A stretch of DNA of 64,000 nucleotides, taken from contig JBDRMC010000004.1 in the NCBI GenBank assembly GCA_043812515.1, positions 724 to 64,723 of the forward strand, in the 5' to 3' direction. Positions 1 through 6,512 of the stretch are shown in pieces. Within the stretch, counting starts at the first letter, position 1. Each line of letters opens with the position of its first letter. Position numbers and translations under genes: made by a program. Source of the DNA: Patescibacteria group bacterium (GTDB taxonomy: Bacteria; Patescibacteriota; Minisyncoccia; UBA10092). The notes under the pieces were generated by a model. That model saw only the letters and a list, made by a program, of their open reading frames with translations. It was not told the origin of the DNA and did no database searches.

Positions 1-1
1 C

Positions 2-97
2 TATGATCTTGCGGCAGAATATTGTAATGATGTAGATGGTTTTTATGGCGCACGAAGGAGATTAAAATCGTCAATAGCGCTGTTAAAAAAACAATGA
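2..97 (+). CDS. 3' end of unidentified CDS (partial, runs off window start)
   Basis: Frame is open from the window edge to TGA at 95-97 and is followed by a hairpin terminator at 125-166. Only 31 codons, no identifiable motif. Confidence 0.3.
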   Translation, partial: YDLAAEYCNDVDGFYGARRRLKSSIALLKKQ

Positions 98-124
98 AAA
101 CTGGGATTATCGAGCTAAAAGTTT

Positions 125-166
125 ACCCCTTACTGGATTCAATTCAGTAAGGGGTATTTAATTTTT
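125..166 (+). terminator. Rho-independent terminator
   Basis: 11-bp stem ACCCCTTACTG / CAGTAAGGGGT (125-135 / 145-155) followed by T-rich tract ATTTAATTTTT. Confidence 0.65.
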
Positions 167-213
167 GAAATAGAATCTTTTACTTTTTTCTCGCTACTAA
201 TTATAATTCAACT

Positions 214-693
214 ATGAACGACCTATCTAACTACGAAAAATTGCGAGAGGATGCGCAAAAGTTTTATAGCGGCATCGGTAAAATATTTTCTCCGGTTCTT
301 AATCAAGAAGTTTATTTTAATTCCGAGGGTTTCAATCATATTATTTTCAAAAATCCCCGTTCCGAAAGAGAAAGGTCTTCTCAAATTTTGAGATTTAAAC
401 TATTTCCATTGGCAACCAAGCTCATAAAAATATCCACAACTCATCAAGAATTTGAAGAAACAATAAAAGAATTTGAAGTTAAGAGTTTTAAAAAGAAAAT
501 CAGAAAAACTATGCCAGTTAAATACTGGGGAATTATCGCGATAATCGATGGGAGAAAAATTAAAGTTATTATTAGAAAAATTGGAGATAACGGCAATGCG
601 CAATTCTGGAGCATTGTTCCGGCTTGGGTAACAAATAAATACCGAGACACAAGATTTTTCACGACAATGAAAGGATCTCCTGATGAAGATTAG
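214..693 (+). CDS. hypothetical protein (orphan, 159 aa)
   Basis: Longest ORF in the region, ATG start, own terminator immediately downstream. No catalytic motif recognisable by eye. Confidence 0.6.
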   Translation: MNDLSNYEKLREDAQKFYSGIGKIFSPVLNQEVYFNSEGFNHIIFKNPRSERERSSQILRFKLFPLATKLIKISTTHQEFEETIKEFEVKSFKKKIRKTMPVKYWGIIAIIDGRKIKVIIRKIGDNGNAQFWSIVPAWVTNKYRDTRFFTTMKGSPDED

Positions 694-696
694 AAA

Positions 697-727
697 CAAA
701 AAACCCGTTAAAATAACGGGTTTTTTG
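697..727 (+). terminator. Rho-independent terminator (possibly bidirectional)
   Basis: Stem ACCCGTT / AACGGGT (703-709 / 715-721) with an A-run before and a T-run after. Confidence 0.7.
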
Positions 728-765
728 TTGTGCTCGCCTTCGGCTTATGTATTAGCCGAATAGGG

Positions 766-794
766 CTGACGCCCCACAAGCACGCCTTTATAAT
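766..794 (+). promoter_or_regulatory. candidate sigma70-type promoter CTGACG-17 nt-TATAAT
   Basis: -35-like CTGACG at 766-771 and perfect TATAAT at 789-794 with a 17-nt spacer. No CDS follows. Confidence 0.4.
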
Positions 795-800
795 AGCATC

Positions 801-919
801 TTAAATTATTTAATACAATAGGTTGTCCACAATGCCCTCGATGGCTGGGGAAAGTAGTTATCGCCAGGACAACGGGATTAATGCAAAACTCCCCCACTTA
901 GTGAGGGAGTTTTGTTTTT
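801..919 (+). ncRNA. candidate small RNA (orphan promoter-terminator unit, about 120 nt)
   Basis: Interval between promoter 766-794 and terminator 889-919 has no credible ORF. Closing helix GTTGTCC (822-828) / GGACAAC (867-873). I do not recognise the family. Confidence 0.3.
889..919 (+). terminator. Rho-independent terminator with no upstream CDS
   Basis: Stem CTCCCCCAC / GTGAGGGAG (889-897 / 901-909, 8 of 9 pairs), loop TTA, then TTTTGTTTTT. Confidence 0.6.
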
Positions 920-931
920 ATGAAAAAGAAA

Positions 932-965
932 GAAGCCCACATGGTGATTTTTACCACATGGGCTT
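932..965 (-). terminator. Rho-independent terminator of the 1047-1433 gene
   Basis: On the minus strand: GAAGCCCATGTGGT...ACCATGTGGGCTTC stem with a 2-nt internal mismatch, followed by TTTCTTTTTC. Confidence 0.55.
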
Positions 966-1046
966 CGGTTGTTTGAATCTGTGGGGTTAACGACCGTGCA
1001 GTATAGCATGTTCAGCGCGGTCAAGCTGTTGGTCCAGATCTCGTTC

Positions 1047-1433
1047 CTACTCGGCGTTTTTCTGATATTCTTCCTGATGAAGAATGTCGAAAGCCGCAGC
1101 GACAATTACGGCAATGGCAATATCTTCGAGAAGGTCTCGACCTGAATTTTCGGCACTAAAGTCACCCGAATGAACATCCTTTATGCCCGTTTTTCGAATG
1201 AAATTCGAACAATCAACCCAAGATGTTGTTCCGCCAGGATACAACCCAAAAGCGCAAATTCTGCCAAGAGTCTCTGGAGTCATCTTTTTCACATCCTTCA
1301 TAACTCTGTCTGAAAGGAAGAAAGAGAAACTCTTAAGCTCATAGCTAGAAAGCGCCTGCCGATAAGAAACGTTGTTAATCCCTACTACCTGCGTTGCCAA
1401 ATTGATAATGTACTGCAAATTTTGCTCTTTCAT
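1047..1433 (-). CDS. hypothetical protein (orphan, 128 aa)
   Basis: ORF track gives 1047..1496. I place the start at ATG 1431-1433 because AGGAGG (complement of 1440-1445) lies 6 nt upstream. Consensus promoter at 1568-1596. Confidence 0.65.
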   Translation of the reverse strand: MKEQNLQYIINLATQVVGINNVSYRQALSSYELKSFSFFLSDRVMKDVKKMTPETLGRICAFGLYPGGTTSWVDCSNFIRKTGIKDVHSGDFSAENSGRDLLEDIAIAVIVAAAFDILHQEEYQKNAE

Positions 1434-1567
1434 TTCATTCCTCCTTTTTGAGAAATTTTCGCCACCAAGAATTTTTGGATCAAGCGACCGATACATTCGG
1501 AAGCGAGATAAGAATCCGAGCAGGACTCTTTAACGACATATAAAACTACTTCTCACTACATGTCTAC

Positions 1568-1596
1568 ATTATACCATAGCTAAAATATCCTGTCAA
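1568..1596 (-). promoter_or_regulatory. consensus sigma70 promoter TTGACA-17 nt-TATAAT (minus strand)
   Basis: Complement of TGTCAA at 1591-1596 and of ATTATA at 1568-1573, spacer exactly 17 nt. Predicts a leader of about 125 nt before ATG 1433. Confidence 0.7.
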
Positions 1597-1643
1597 GTAA
1601 TTTGGCAAGTTTTGGCTGTTTTTGGCTTAAATAAGCGATATTT

Positions 1644-1693
1644 TATCAAAATGCAGTTATTCATCCGATCGGAATTATACGTGCATTTTGATA
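1644..1693. repeat. nested inverted repeat
   Basis: 12-bp arms TATCAAAATGCA (1644-1655) / TGCATTTTGATA (1682-1693) enclose the perfect 10-bp palindrome TCCGATCGGA (1664-1673). Confidence 0.6.
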
Positions 1694-1723
1694 AAGTACA
1701 AAATTTTAATAATCTAATATAAA

Positions 1724-1755
1724 ACGCAAAAATATCCTATAGGAAATTTTTGCGT
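1724..1755. repeat. 32-nt near-perfect palindrome, copy A (copy B at 29370-29401)
   Basis: ACGCAAAAATATCCTA|TAGGAAATTTTTGCGT. 29 of 32 nt are identical to copy B. Confidence 0.8.
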
Positions 1756-1797
1756 GCGATTGTTTTTTTATTTTACGAATTAGTTTATACTTTATAT

Positions 1798-2532
1798 ATG
1801 AACGAAAGCAGGCGGATATTGAAAAGAATTTTTATTGCCGTTATTTATTTGGCGGTTTTTGCCAGTTTGGGAACTGGGGCGTATTTTTTGTTTAAACCGG
1901 CCGTTCCCATAGTTACGGCCCCAATCATTGAACCTATTGAAATAATTTGGTCGCAGGCTTTTTCTGTCGGACCTGATTTGTATTCAGCCGCCGCCAAAAT
2001 AAAAAATCCCAATACCAATTTTGGCGCGGGCAATTTCAGTTACACTTTTTATTTTTATGACGCGAACGGAGTTTTACTCACCACCTCGGCTGGTGAATCC
2101 TATATTTGGCCCGGCGAATCAAAATATATTGTTTTAGGAGGAATTAATTTATCAAAAAATCCGGCAAAAACACAATTACAGTTAGGCGAGCCGGCGTGGC
2201 GCGAAGTTAAAGATTTTAAGGGAGTCGCTTTGGCCTTAAGCAATATAAATTATGGAAAGGGCCAAGTTGGTTCAGTCAAATCTTTTGAAATTAATTTTAG
2301 AGCGAGCAATGACACTCCTTATGATTTGGCGAAAGTTAATGTTTCTTCCGTTGTTTTTGATGAAAACAACTCTCCGATAGCCGCCGCCTCAACGCTTTTG
2401 GAAAATTTACAATCAAAGGAATATCGGCAATCAAATATCGCATGGTTTTCTTCTTTTTCCGGGATTCCAAACAGCGTTGATTTAACCATTTCTACCAATC
2501 TTTGGGAAACTTTGGAACTTATAGGGCAATAA
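1798..2532 (+). CDS. membrane-anchored hypothetical protein
   Basis: ORF track gives 1750..2532 (TTG). ATG at 1798 is preferred. N-terminal hydrophobic helix IFIAVIYLAVFASLGTGAYFLF is followed by a soluble domain. Confidence 0.7.
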   Translation: MNESRRILKRIFIAVIYLAVFASLGTGAYFLFKPAVPIVTAPIIEPIEIIWSQAFSVGPDLYSAAAKIKNPNTNFGAGNFSYTFYFYDANGVLLTTSAGESYIWPGESKYIVLGGINLSKNPAKTQLQLGEPAWREVKDFKGVALALSNINYGKGQVGSVKSFEINFRASNDTPYDLAKVNVSSVVFDENNSPIAAASTLLENLQSKEYRQSNIAWFSSFSGIPNSVDLTISTNLWETLELIGQ

Positions 2533-2536
2533 ATCA

Positions 2537-3649
2537 ATGTTGCAAGCGTTAAAAAAATTAGATTGGATTTTGATTGGCGCGATTGTTTTACTTGTTATTA
2601 TTGGCTTGTTAAGTATCGCCTCGGCTTCACAAGCAAGAACCGGCGCGTTCACCAATTTTAAGAAACAATTAACTTTCTCCGTAATCGGATTGATTTTGCT
2701 GGTCACTTTTAGTTTTGTTGATTATCGATTTTTAAGAAATTATTCAACAGTAGTTTTGTCTTTGTATATTTTTTCAATTCTTCTGCTTGCCGCTCTTTTG
2801 CTATTGGGCGATAGAGTCAGGGGAGCGGTTTCTTGGTTTCAATTCGGCTCTCCTTTGGGAGGATTTAGCATGGAACCCGTTGAAATAATGAAATATGTCT
2901 TAATTATCATTTTAGCGAAATACTTTTCCAGCCGTCACGTTGACTTTGGTTTGATCCGGCACATAATTATTTCCGGAATTTACGTATTGATTCCGACGAC
3001 TCTGGTTTTGCTTCAACCGGATTTAGGTTCCGCATTTTTGATGATCATCATATGGGTTGGCATAATGCTCGTTTCCGGCATCAGGGCAAGACATCTTTTG
3101 GTGCTTTTTTTAATTTTTATGATCATTGCCGGACTATCTTGGAGTTTTTTCTTGAAGGATTATCAAAGAGGACGCATCATGGCGTTCTTTGAACCTCAAA
3201 AAGACCCGCTCGGCCAGGGATATAATGTCTTGCAATCGATTATCGCGATAGGCTCGGGAGGATTTTGGGGCAAAGGACTTGGCCATGGCAGTCAGTCTCA
3301 ATTAAATTTTTTACCCGAACAGCATACGGATTTCATTTGGGCGACTATTGCCGAAGAATGGGGATTTTTAGGAGTTTCTTTTGTTTTGATTTTGTGGGGG
3401 GTTGTTTTTTGGCGACTTTTTCTTATTGCCGTCAATGCCAACACCAATTTTGCGCGGCTTTTTATTTTCGGATTTATGCTTTTGCTTTTTTCCCATATTG
3501 CCGTTAATATTGGAATGAATATGGGATTTTTTCCTGTTGCCGGAATACCTTTGCCGCTTTTAAGCTACGGAGGTTCCAATTTGGTTTCGACTCTTCTGGC
3601 TTTCGGCGTAGTTCAGAATATTAGAATTAATTCGTCCTCCTCCGCATAA
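2537..3649 (+). CDS. rodA: SEDS-family peptidoglycan polymerase, RodA-like
   Basis: 370 aa, polytopic. SEDS signatures GSGGFWGKGLG, NFLPEQHTDFIWA and PLPLLSYGGS. The other SEDS gene (17461) sits in the dcw cluster, so this one is assigned RodA. Confidence 0.8.
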   Translation: MLQALKKLDWILIGAIVLLVIIGLLSIASASQARTGAFTNFKKQLTFSVIGLILLVTFSFVDYRFLRNYSTVVLSLYIFSILLLAALLLLGDRVRGAVSWFQFGSPLGGFSMEPVEIMKYVLIIILAKYFSSRHVDFGLIRHIIISGIYVLIPTTLVLLQPDLGSAFLMIIIWVGIMLVSGIRARHLLVLFLIFMIIAGLSWSFFLKDYQRGRIMAFFEPQKDPLGQGYNVLQSIIAIGSGGFWGKGLGHGSQSQLNFLPEQHTDFIWATIAEEWGFLGVSFVLILWGVVFWRLFLIAVNANTNFARLFIFGFMLLLFSHIAVNIGMNMGFFPVAGIPLPLLSYGGSNLVSTLLAFGVVQNIRINSSSSA

Positions 3650-3673
3650 AGCTACGGAAGGACAAGTAAAAAT

Positions 3674-4228
3674 ATGGAATCTTTAAATAAAAAAATACTG
3701 ATTGTCGACGATGACGAATTTTTGCTGGGCATATACGCGAAAAATTTCAAAGATGAAGGATTTGACGTGTCTACTGCCAGAGATGGCGAAGAAGCGTGGG
3801 AAATAATTAGCGGTGGCAACATTCCGGATGTTGTTTTTACCGGAATCATTATGCCGCGGATGTCAGGATTTGAATTGATTGCAAAAATGCAAGCAAATCC
3901 GGATTTATCAAGAATTCCAACAGCCATGAATTCCCATAGGGGCCGCCCCGAAGATAAAATATTAGCGCAAGAAATGGCTGTTGACGATTTTATTGTCCAA
4001 GGATTTACGACTCCGGCCGAAGTTGTGAGAAGAATAAAAATGCTGCTTGGAATCCAAAATATTTATAAAATCGCCATTACCGCCGACAAATATGACGGGC
4101 AAATATTTATCAACTTGTTAAACAAACAACAGGGCGCTGTTTGCGACTCAGCGGATAGTAAGGAAATTTTCCTGGAAGTTGAACCGAAAATTGAAAAGGG
4201 TGAATTTAAGATAAATATTAAATGTTGA
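3674..4228 (+). CDS. CheY-like receiver-domain protein with substituted phospho-acceptor site
   Basis: N-terminus KILIVDDDEF...DVVFTGIIMPRMSGFEL...DDFIVQGF aligns to the receiver fold. Acceptor Asp is replaced by Gly and the conserved Lys by Gln. The C-terminal 60 aa are unassigned. Confidence 0.75.
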   Translation: MESLNKKILIVDDDEFLLGIYAKNFKDEGFDVSTARDGEEAWEIISGGNIPDVVFTGIIMPRMSGFELIAKMQANPDLSRIPTAMNSHRGRPEDKILAQEMAVDDFIVQGFTTPAEVVRRIKMLLGIQNIYKIAITADKYDGQIFINLLNKQQGAVCDSADSKEIFLEVEPKIEKGEFKINIKC

Positions 4229-4641
4229 AAAATAAAGCAATAATTTATACGGATGGCGGGTCCAGAGGCAATCCCGGTCCAAGCGCTTTGGGTGTCGTTA
4301 TCGAAAATGAACATGGGAAAGTTTTAAAAGAATATTCCCATTACTTGGGTGAAGCTACCAATAATCAAGCGGAGTACGAAGCGGTGATTTTCGCTCTGCA
4401 AAAAGCCAAGCAGTTAAAAATAAAAGAATTGGAAATCAGAACCGACAGCGAATTAATAGGCAAACAGCTTCGGGGGGAATATAAAATTAAAGATTCCGAT
4501 TTACAGCCGCTTTTTATAAAAGCTTGGAATTTACGTTTGGATTATGAAAAAGTAAATATTAAAATAATTCCGCGGGAGCAAAATAAAAAAGCCGATAAAT
4601 TGGCGAATCAAGAACTCAACGCAAAAAATAAATTGTTCTAA
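4222..4641 (+). CDS. rnhA: ribonuclease HI
   Basis: YTDGGSRGNPGP...NNQAEYEA...IRTDSELI...NKKADKLAN covers the DEDD catalytic motifs of RNase H type 1. Overlaps the upstream gene by 7 nt. Confidence 0.85.
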   Translation: MLKNKAIIYTDGGSRGNPGPSALGVVIENEHGKVLKEYSHYLGEATNNQAEYEAVIFALQKAKQLKIKELEIRTDSELIGKQLRGEYKIKDSDLQPLFIKAWNLRLDYEKVNIKIIPREQNKKADKLANQELNAKNKLF

Positions 4642-4644
4642 TTG

Positions 4645-4670
4645 AAAAACCCCCGCATGCGGGGGTTTTT
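4645..4670. terminator. bidirectional rho-independent terminator (rnhA / rnpB)
   Basis: AAAAA-CCCCCGC-AT-GCGGGGG-TTTTT (stem 4650-4656 / 4659-4665). Confidence 0.75.
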
Positions 4671-4678
4671 CAATTATT

Positions 4679-5070
4679 GGCTTAGAAGAAAACTATAAGC
4701 CGGGTTCTGTATCCCGCCGAGGCGGGACGGTAATTATCTCTCTGGGTCCCGCATTACTGCGGGGCTCTAGCGTCTATAACAGACTTGCACCCAGTAAGGA
4801 TTTGGCCGTTTCAACAAAACTTTTGGTTTTGTTGTCCTTCATAGCTTTAGCGACGAAGGACTAAACCTTATAGCTTTGCTCGCCCTACTCCGCATAAAGC
4901 TTCGCAGGGCGCTCTTTCGCTTTCGCTCAAGAGCGTCTCTGTTCGCACCTCTCGTGTTGCCACGGCGGGTTGTTAACCCGTACGCTTTCCCCCGCCGAGG
5001 CGGGGGATGGTGTCCGGACTTTCCTCCCCCGCTAAGCGGGGGCAATTACCCGTTTTCTTTTGTTAAAGCC
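4679..5070 (-). ncRNA. rnpB: RNase P RNA, bacterial type A
   Basis: The minus strand carries GGGGGAGGAAAGTCCGGACACC (CR-I, complement of about 5009-5032) and ACAGAACCCGGCTTA near the 3' end (complement of about 4695-4710). P1 pairs GGCTT...AGAAAAC with GTTTTCT...AAGCC. G+C-rich in an AT-rich genome. Ends are +/- 5 nt. Confidence 0.9.
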
Positions 5071-5151
5071 GATAATGTCCTTTAGGGACACTGTAAATAT
5101 ACCAGATATTGGTTTTTAGCGCAAATTTTGTTAATATGATTAAAATCAATT

Positions 5152-6498
5152 ATGTTTGCAACTTTAAGCAGATTTATCAACCAGAAGTCTCAAAAAATTT
5201 CATCAGCCGCCATTATAGTCGCTTTTTTTGGCTTAATCAGCCGTCTTTTGGGATTGTGGCGAGATCGGTTATTGGCCGGTCAATTCGGCGCCTCGCGAAC
5301 TTTGGATGTTTATTACGCGGCATTCAAAATCCCAGATTTGATTTACAACTTGCTTATTGCGGGAGCTATTTCATCCGCCTTTTTGCCTGTTTTTTACGAA
5401 TATCTGACCAAAGATAAAGAAGAGGCATGGCGATTTGCCGCTAATGTATTGAATGTTTTAATTTTTATTCTTGTAATTTGCTCGTTAGTTCTAATTTTAT
5501 TCGTGCCCCAATTGATTTACTTAGTGGCGCCAGGTTTTGACGACGCATCAAGAGAGCTGACAGTTGATATCAGCCGTCTTCTGTTTTTAAGCCCATTGCT
5601 TTTGGGAATTTCGGCTTTGGCCTCGGCGCTTTTGCAGGCATTTTCAAGATTTTTAATATCGTCTCTCGCGCCCGTTTTTTATAACTTAGGAATAATTTTC
5701 GGTATTGTGTTTTTGTCGCCGCGTTACGGCATTTGGGGTTTGGCCTTTGGCGTTGTTTTAGGGGCGCTATTACATTTTTTAATTCAAATTCCGTCACTAT
5801 TTAATATTGGCTTTCGCTTCCGCCGATTATTTAATTTTAAAGAGCCCGGATTGATTAAAGTAATCAAGCTTTGGTTGCCAAGAACCCTGGGGTTGTTCGC
5901 GTTTCAAATAAATAGCATTGTTTCAATTGCTATCGCTTCGGTTTTGGCTAGCGGCAGTATTTCTATATTTAATTTTGCCGATAATTTAAGATGGGTGCCG
6001 ATAGGAATTGTTGGCGTGGCTTTTTCCACAGCAGCTTTTCCGGCAATGAGCTTGTCGCACGCGCAGGGAAATAAAGAATTGTTTTTGAAGCAATTTTCCT
6101 TAGCGGTAAAACAAGTACTATGGATTGTTGTTCCTCTGTCTGCTTTTATTTTTATTTTTCGCACTCAAATTGTAAAAATAATTTTGGGCATAGGCAATTT
6201 TAATTTGCAGGATGTTCAGCTTACGGCAGCAGCTTTGGGTTTGTTTTCTTTTGGTATTTTTGCCGCCGCTCTTTTACCGCTTTTCACGCGCGCTTTTTTT
6301 GCTCTGCACAATACCAAAACTCCGGTCTTGATAAACGTTTTTTCAATGATTTTAAATATTATTTTAAGTTTTGGATTTGTTTGGTACTTTGCCGGATATA
6401 CTGATATTTCGCCGATTTTAGGATTACCGCTTGCTATAACAATTGCCAGTATCGTAAATCTTTTGTGGCAATGGGTCGCGCTAAAAAAAATTATTTGA
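5152..6498 (+). CDS. murJ: lipid II flippase MurJ/MviN
   Basis: 448 aa, polytopic. N-terminus ISRLLGLWRDRLLAGQFGASRTLDVYYAAFKIPDLIYNLL is the typical MurJ signature. Confidence 0.85.
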   Translation: MFATLSRFINQKSQKISSAAIIVAFFGLISRLLGLWRDRLLAGQFGASRTLDVYYAAFKIPDLIYNLLIAGAISSAFLPVFYEYLTKDKEEAWRFAANVLNVLIFILVICSLVLILFVPQLIYLVAPGFDDASRELTVDISRLLFLSPLLLGISALASALLQAFSRFLISSLAPVFYNLGIIFGIVFLSPRYGIWGLAFGVVLGALLHFLIQIPSLFNIGFRFRRLFNFKEPGLIKVIKLWLPRTLGLFAFQINSIVSIAIASVLASGSISIFNFADNLRWVPIGIVGVAFSTAAFPAMSLSHAQGNKELFLKQFSLAVKQVLWIVVPLSAFIFIFRTQIVKIILGIGNFNLQDVQLTAAALGLFSFGIFAAALLPLFTRAFFALHNTKTPVLINVFSMILNIILSFGFVWYFAGYTDISPILGLPLAITIASIVNLLWQWVALKKII

Positions 6499-6512
6499 CG
6501 ACTGATACTAAA

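Noticed and set aside
737-800. Cluster of short G+C-rich hairpins (TTCGGCT/AGCCGAA, GGGC/GCCC, enclosed by GTGCT/AGCAC). I considered a small ribozyme or riboswitch.
   Set aside because: I could find no hammerhead (CUGAUGA…GAAA), twister or known riboswitch core. Part of the region doubles as the -35 region of the candidate promoter. It is left only as context for the sRNA candidate.
878-1105. 75-aa minus-strand ORF.
   Set aside because: It runs through two terminator hairpins and the 3' end of the 1047-1433 gene. It has no start context.
4650-4665. Recurrent CCCCCGC-N2-4-GCGGGGG hairpins (4650-4665, about 5027-5043, 61504-61520). I considered a repeat family.
   Set aside because: Two are ordinary terminator stems with A/T runs and one is a helix inside RNase P RNA. 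The flanks share no similarity, so these look like convergent simple GC stems rather than a mobile repeat.
4839-5085. ORFs 4839..5045 (-) and 4876..5085 (+), 68-69 aa.
   Set aside because: They lie entirely inside the RNase P RNA gene. The G+C-rich structured RNA creates open frames on both strands, and the peptides are Arg/Pro/Gly-rich junk.
5109-5417. 102-aa + strand ORF overlapping the murJ 5' end.
   Set aside because: It is an alternative frame of murJ, whose N-terminal signature is unambiguous.
6465-6512. N-terminal extensions suggested by the ORF track for lepA (6465), murG (18539), rpoA (55303), scpB (13354) and the 1750 and 10473 starts.
   Set aside because: Internal ATGs reproduce the canonical family N-termini or remove overlaps with neighbouring genes or promoters. 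The extensions start at non-ATG or upstream codons and show no conservation logic.
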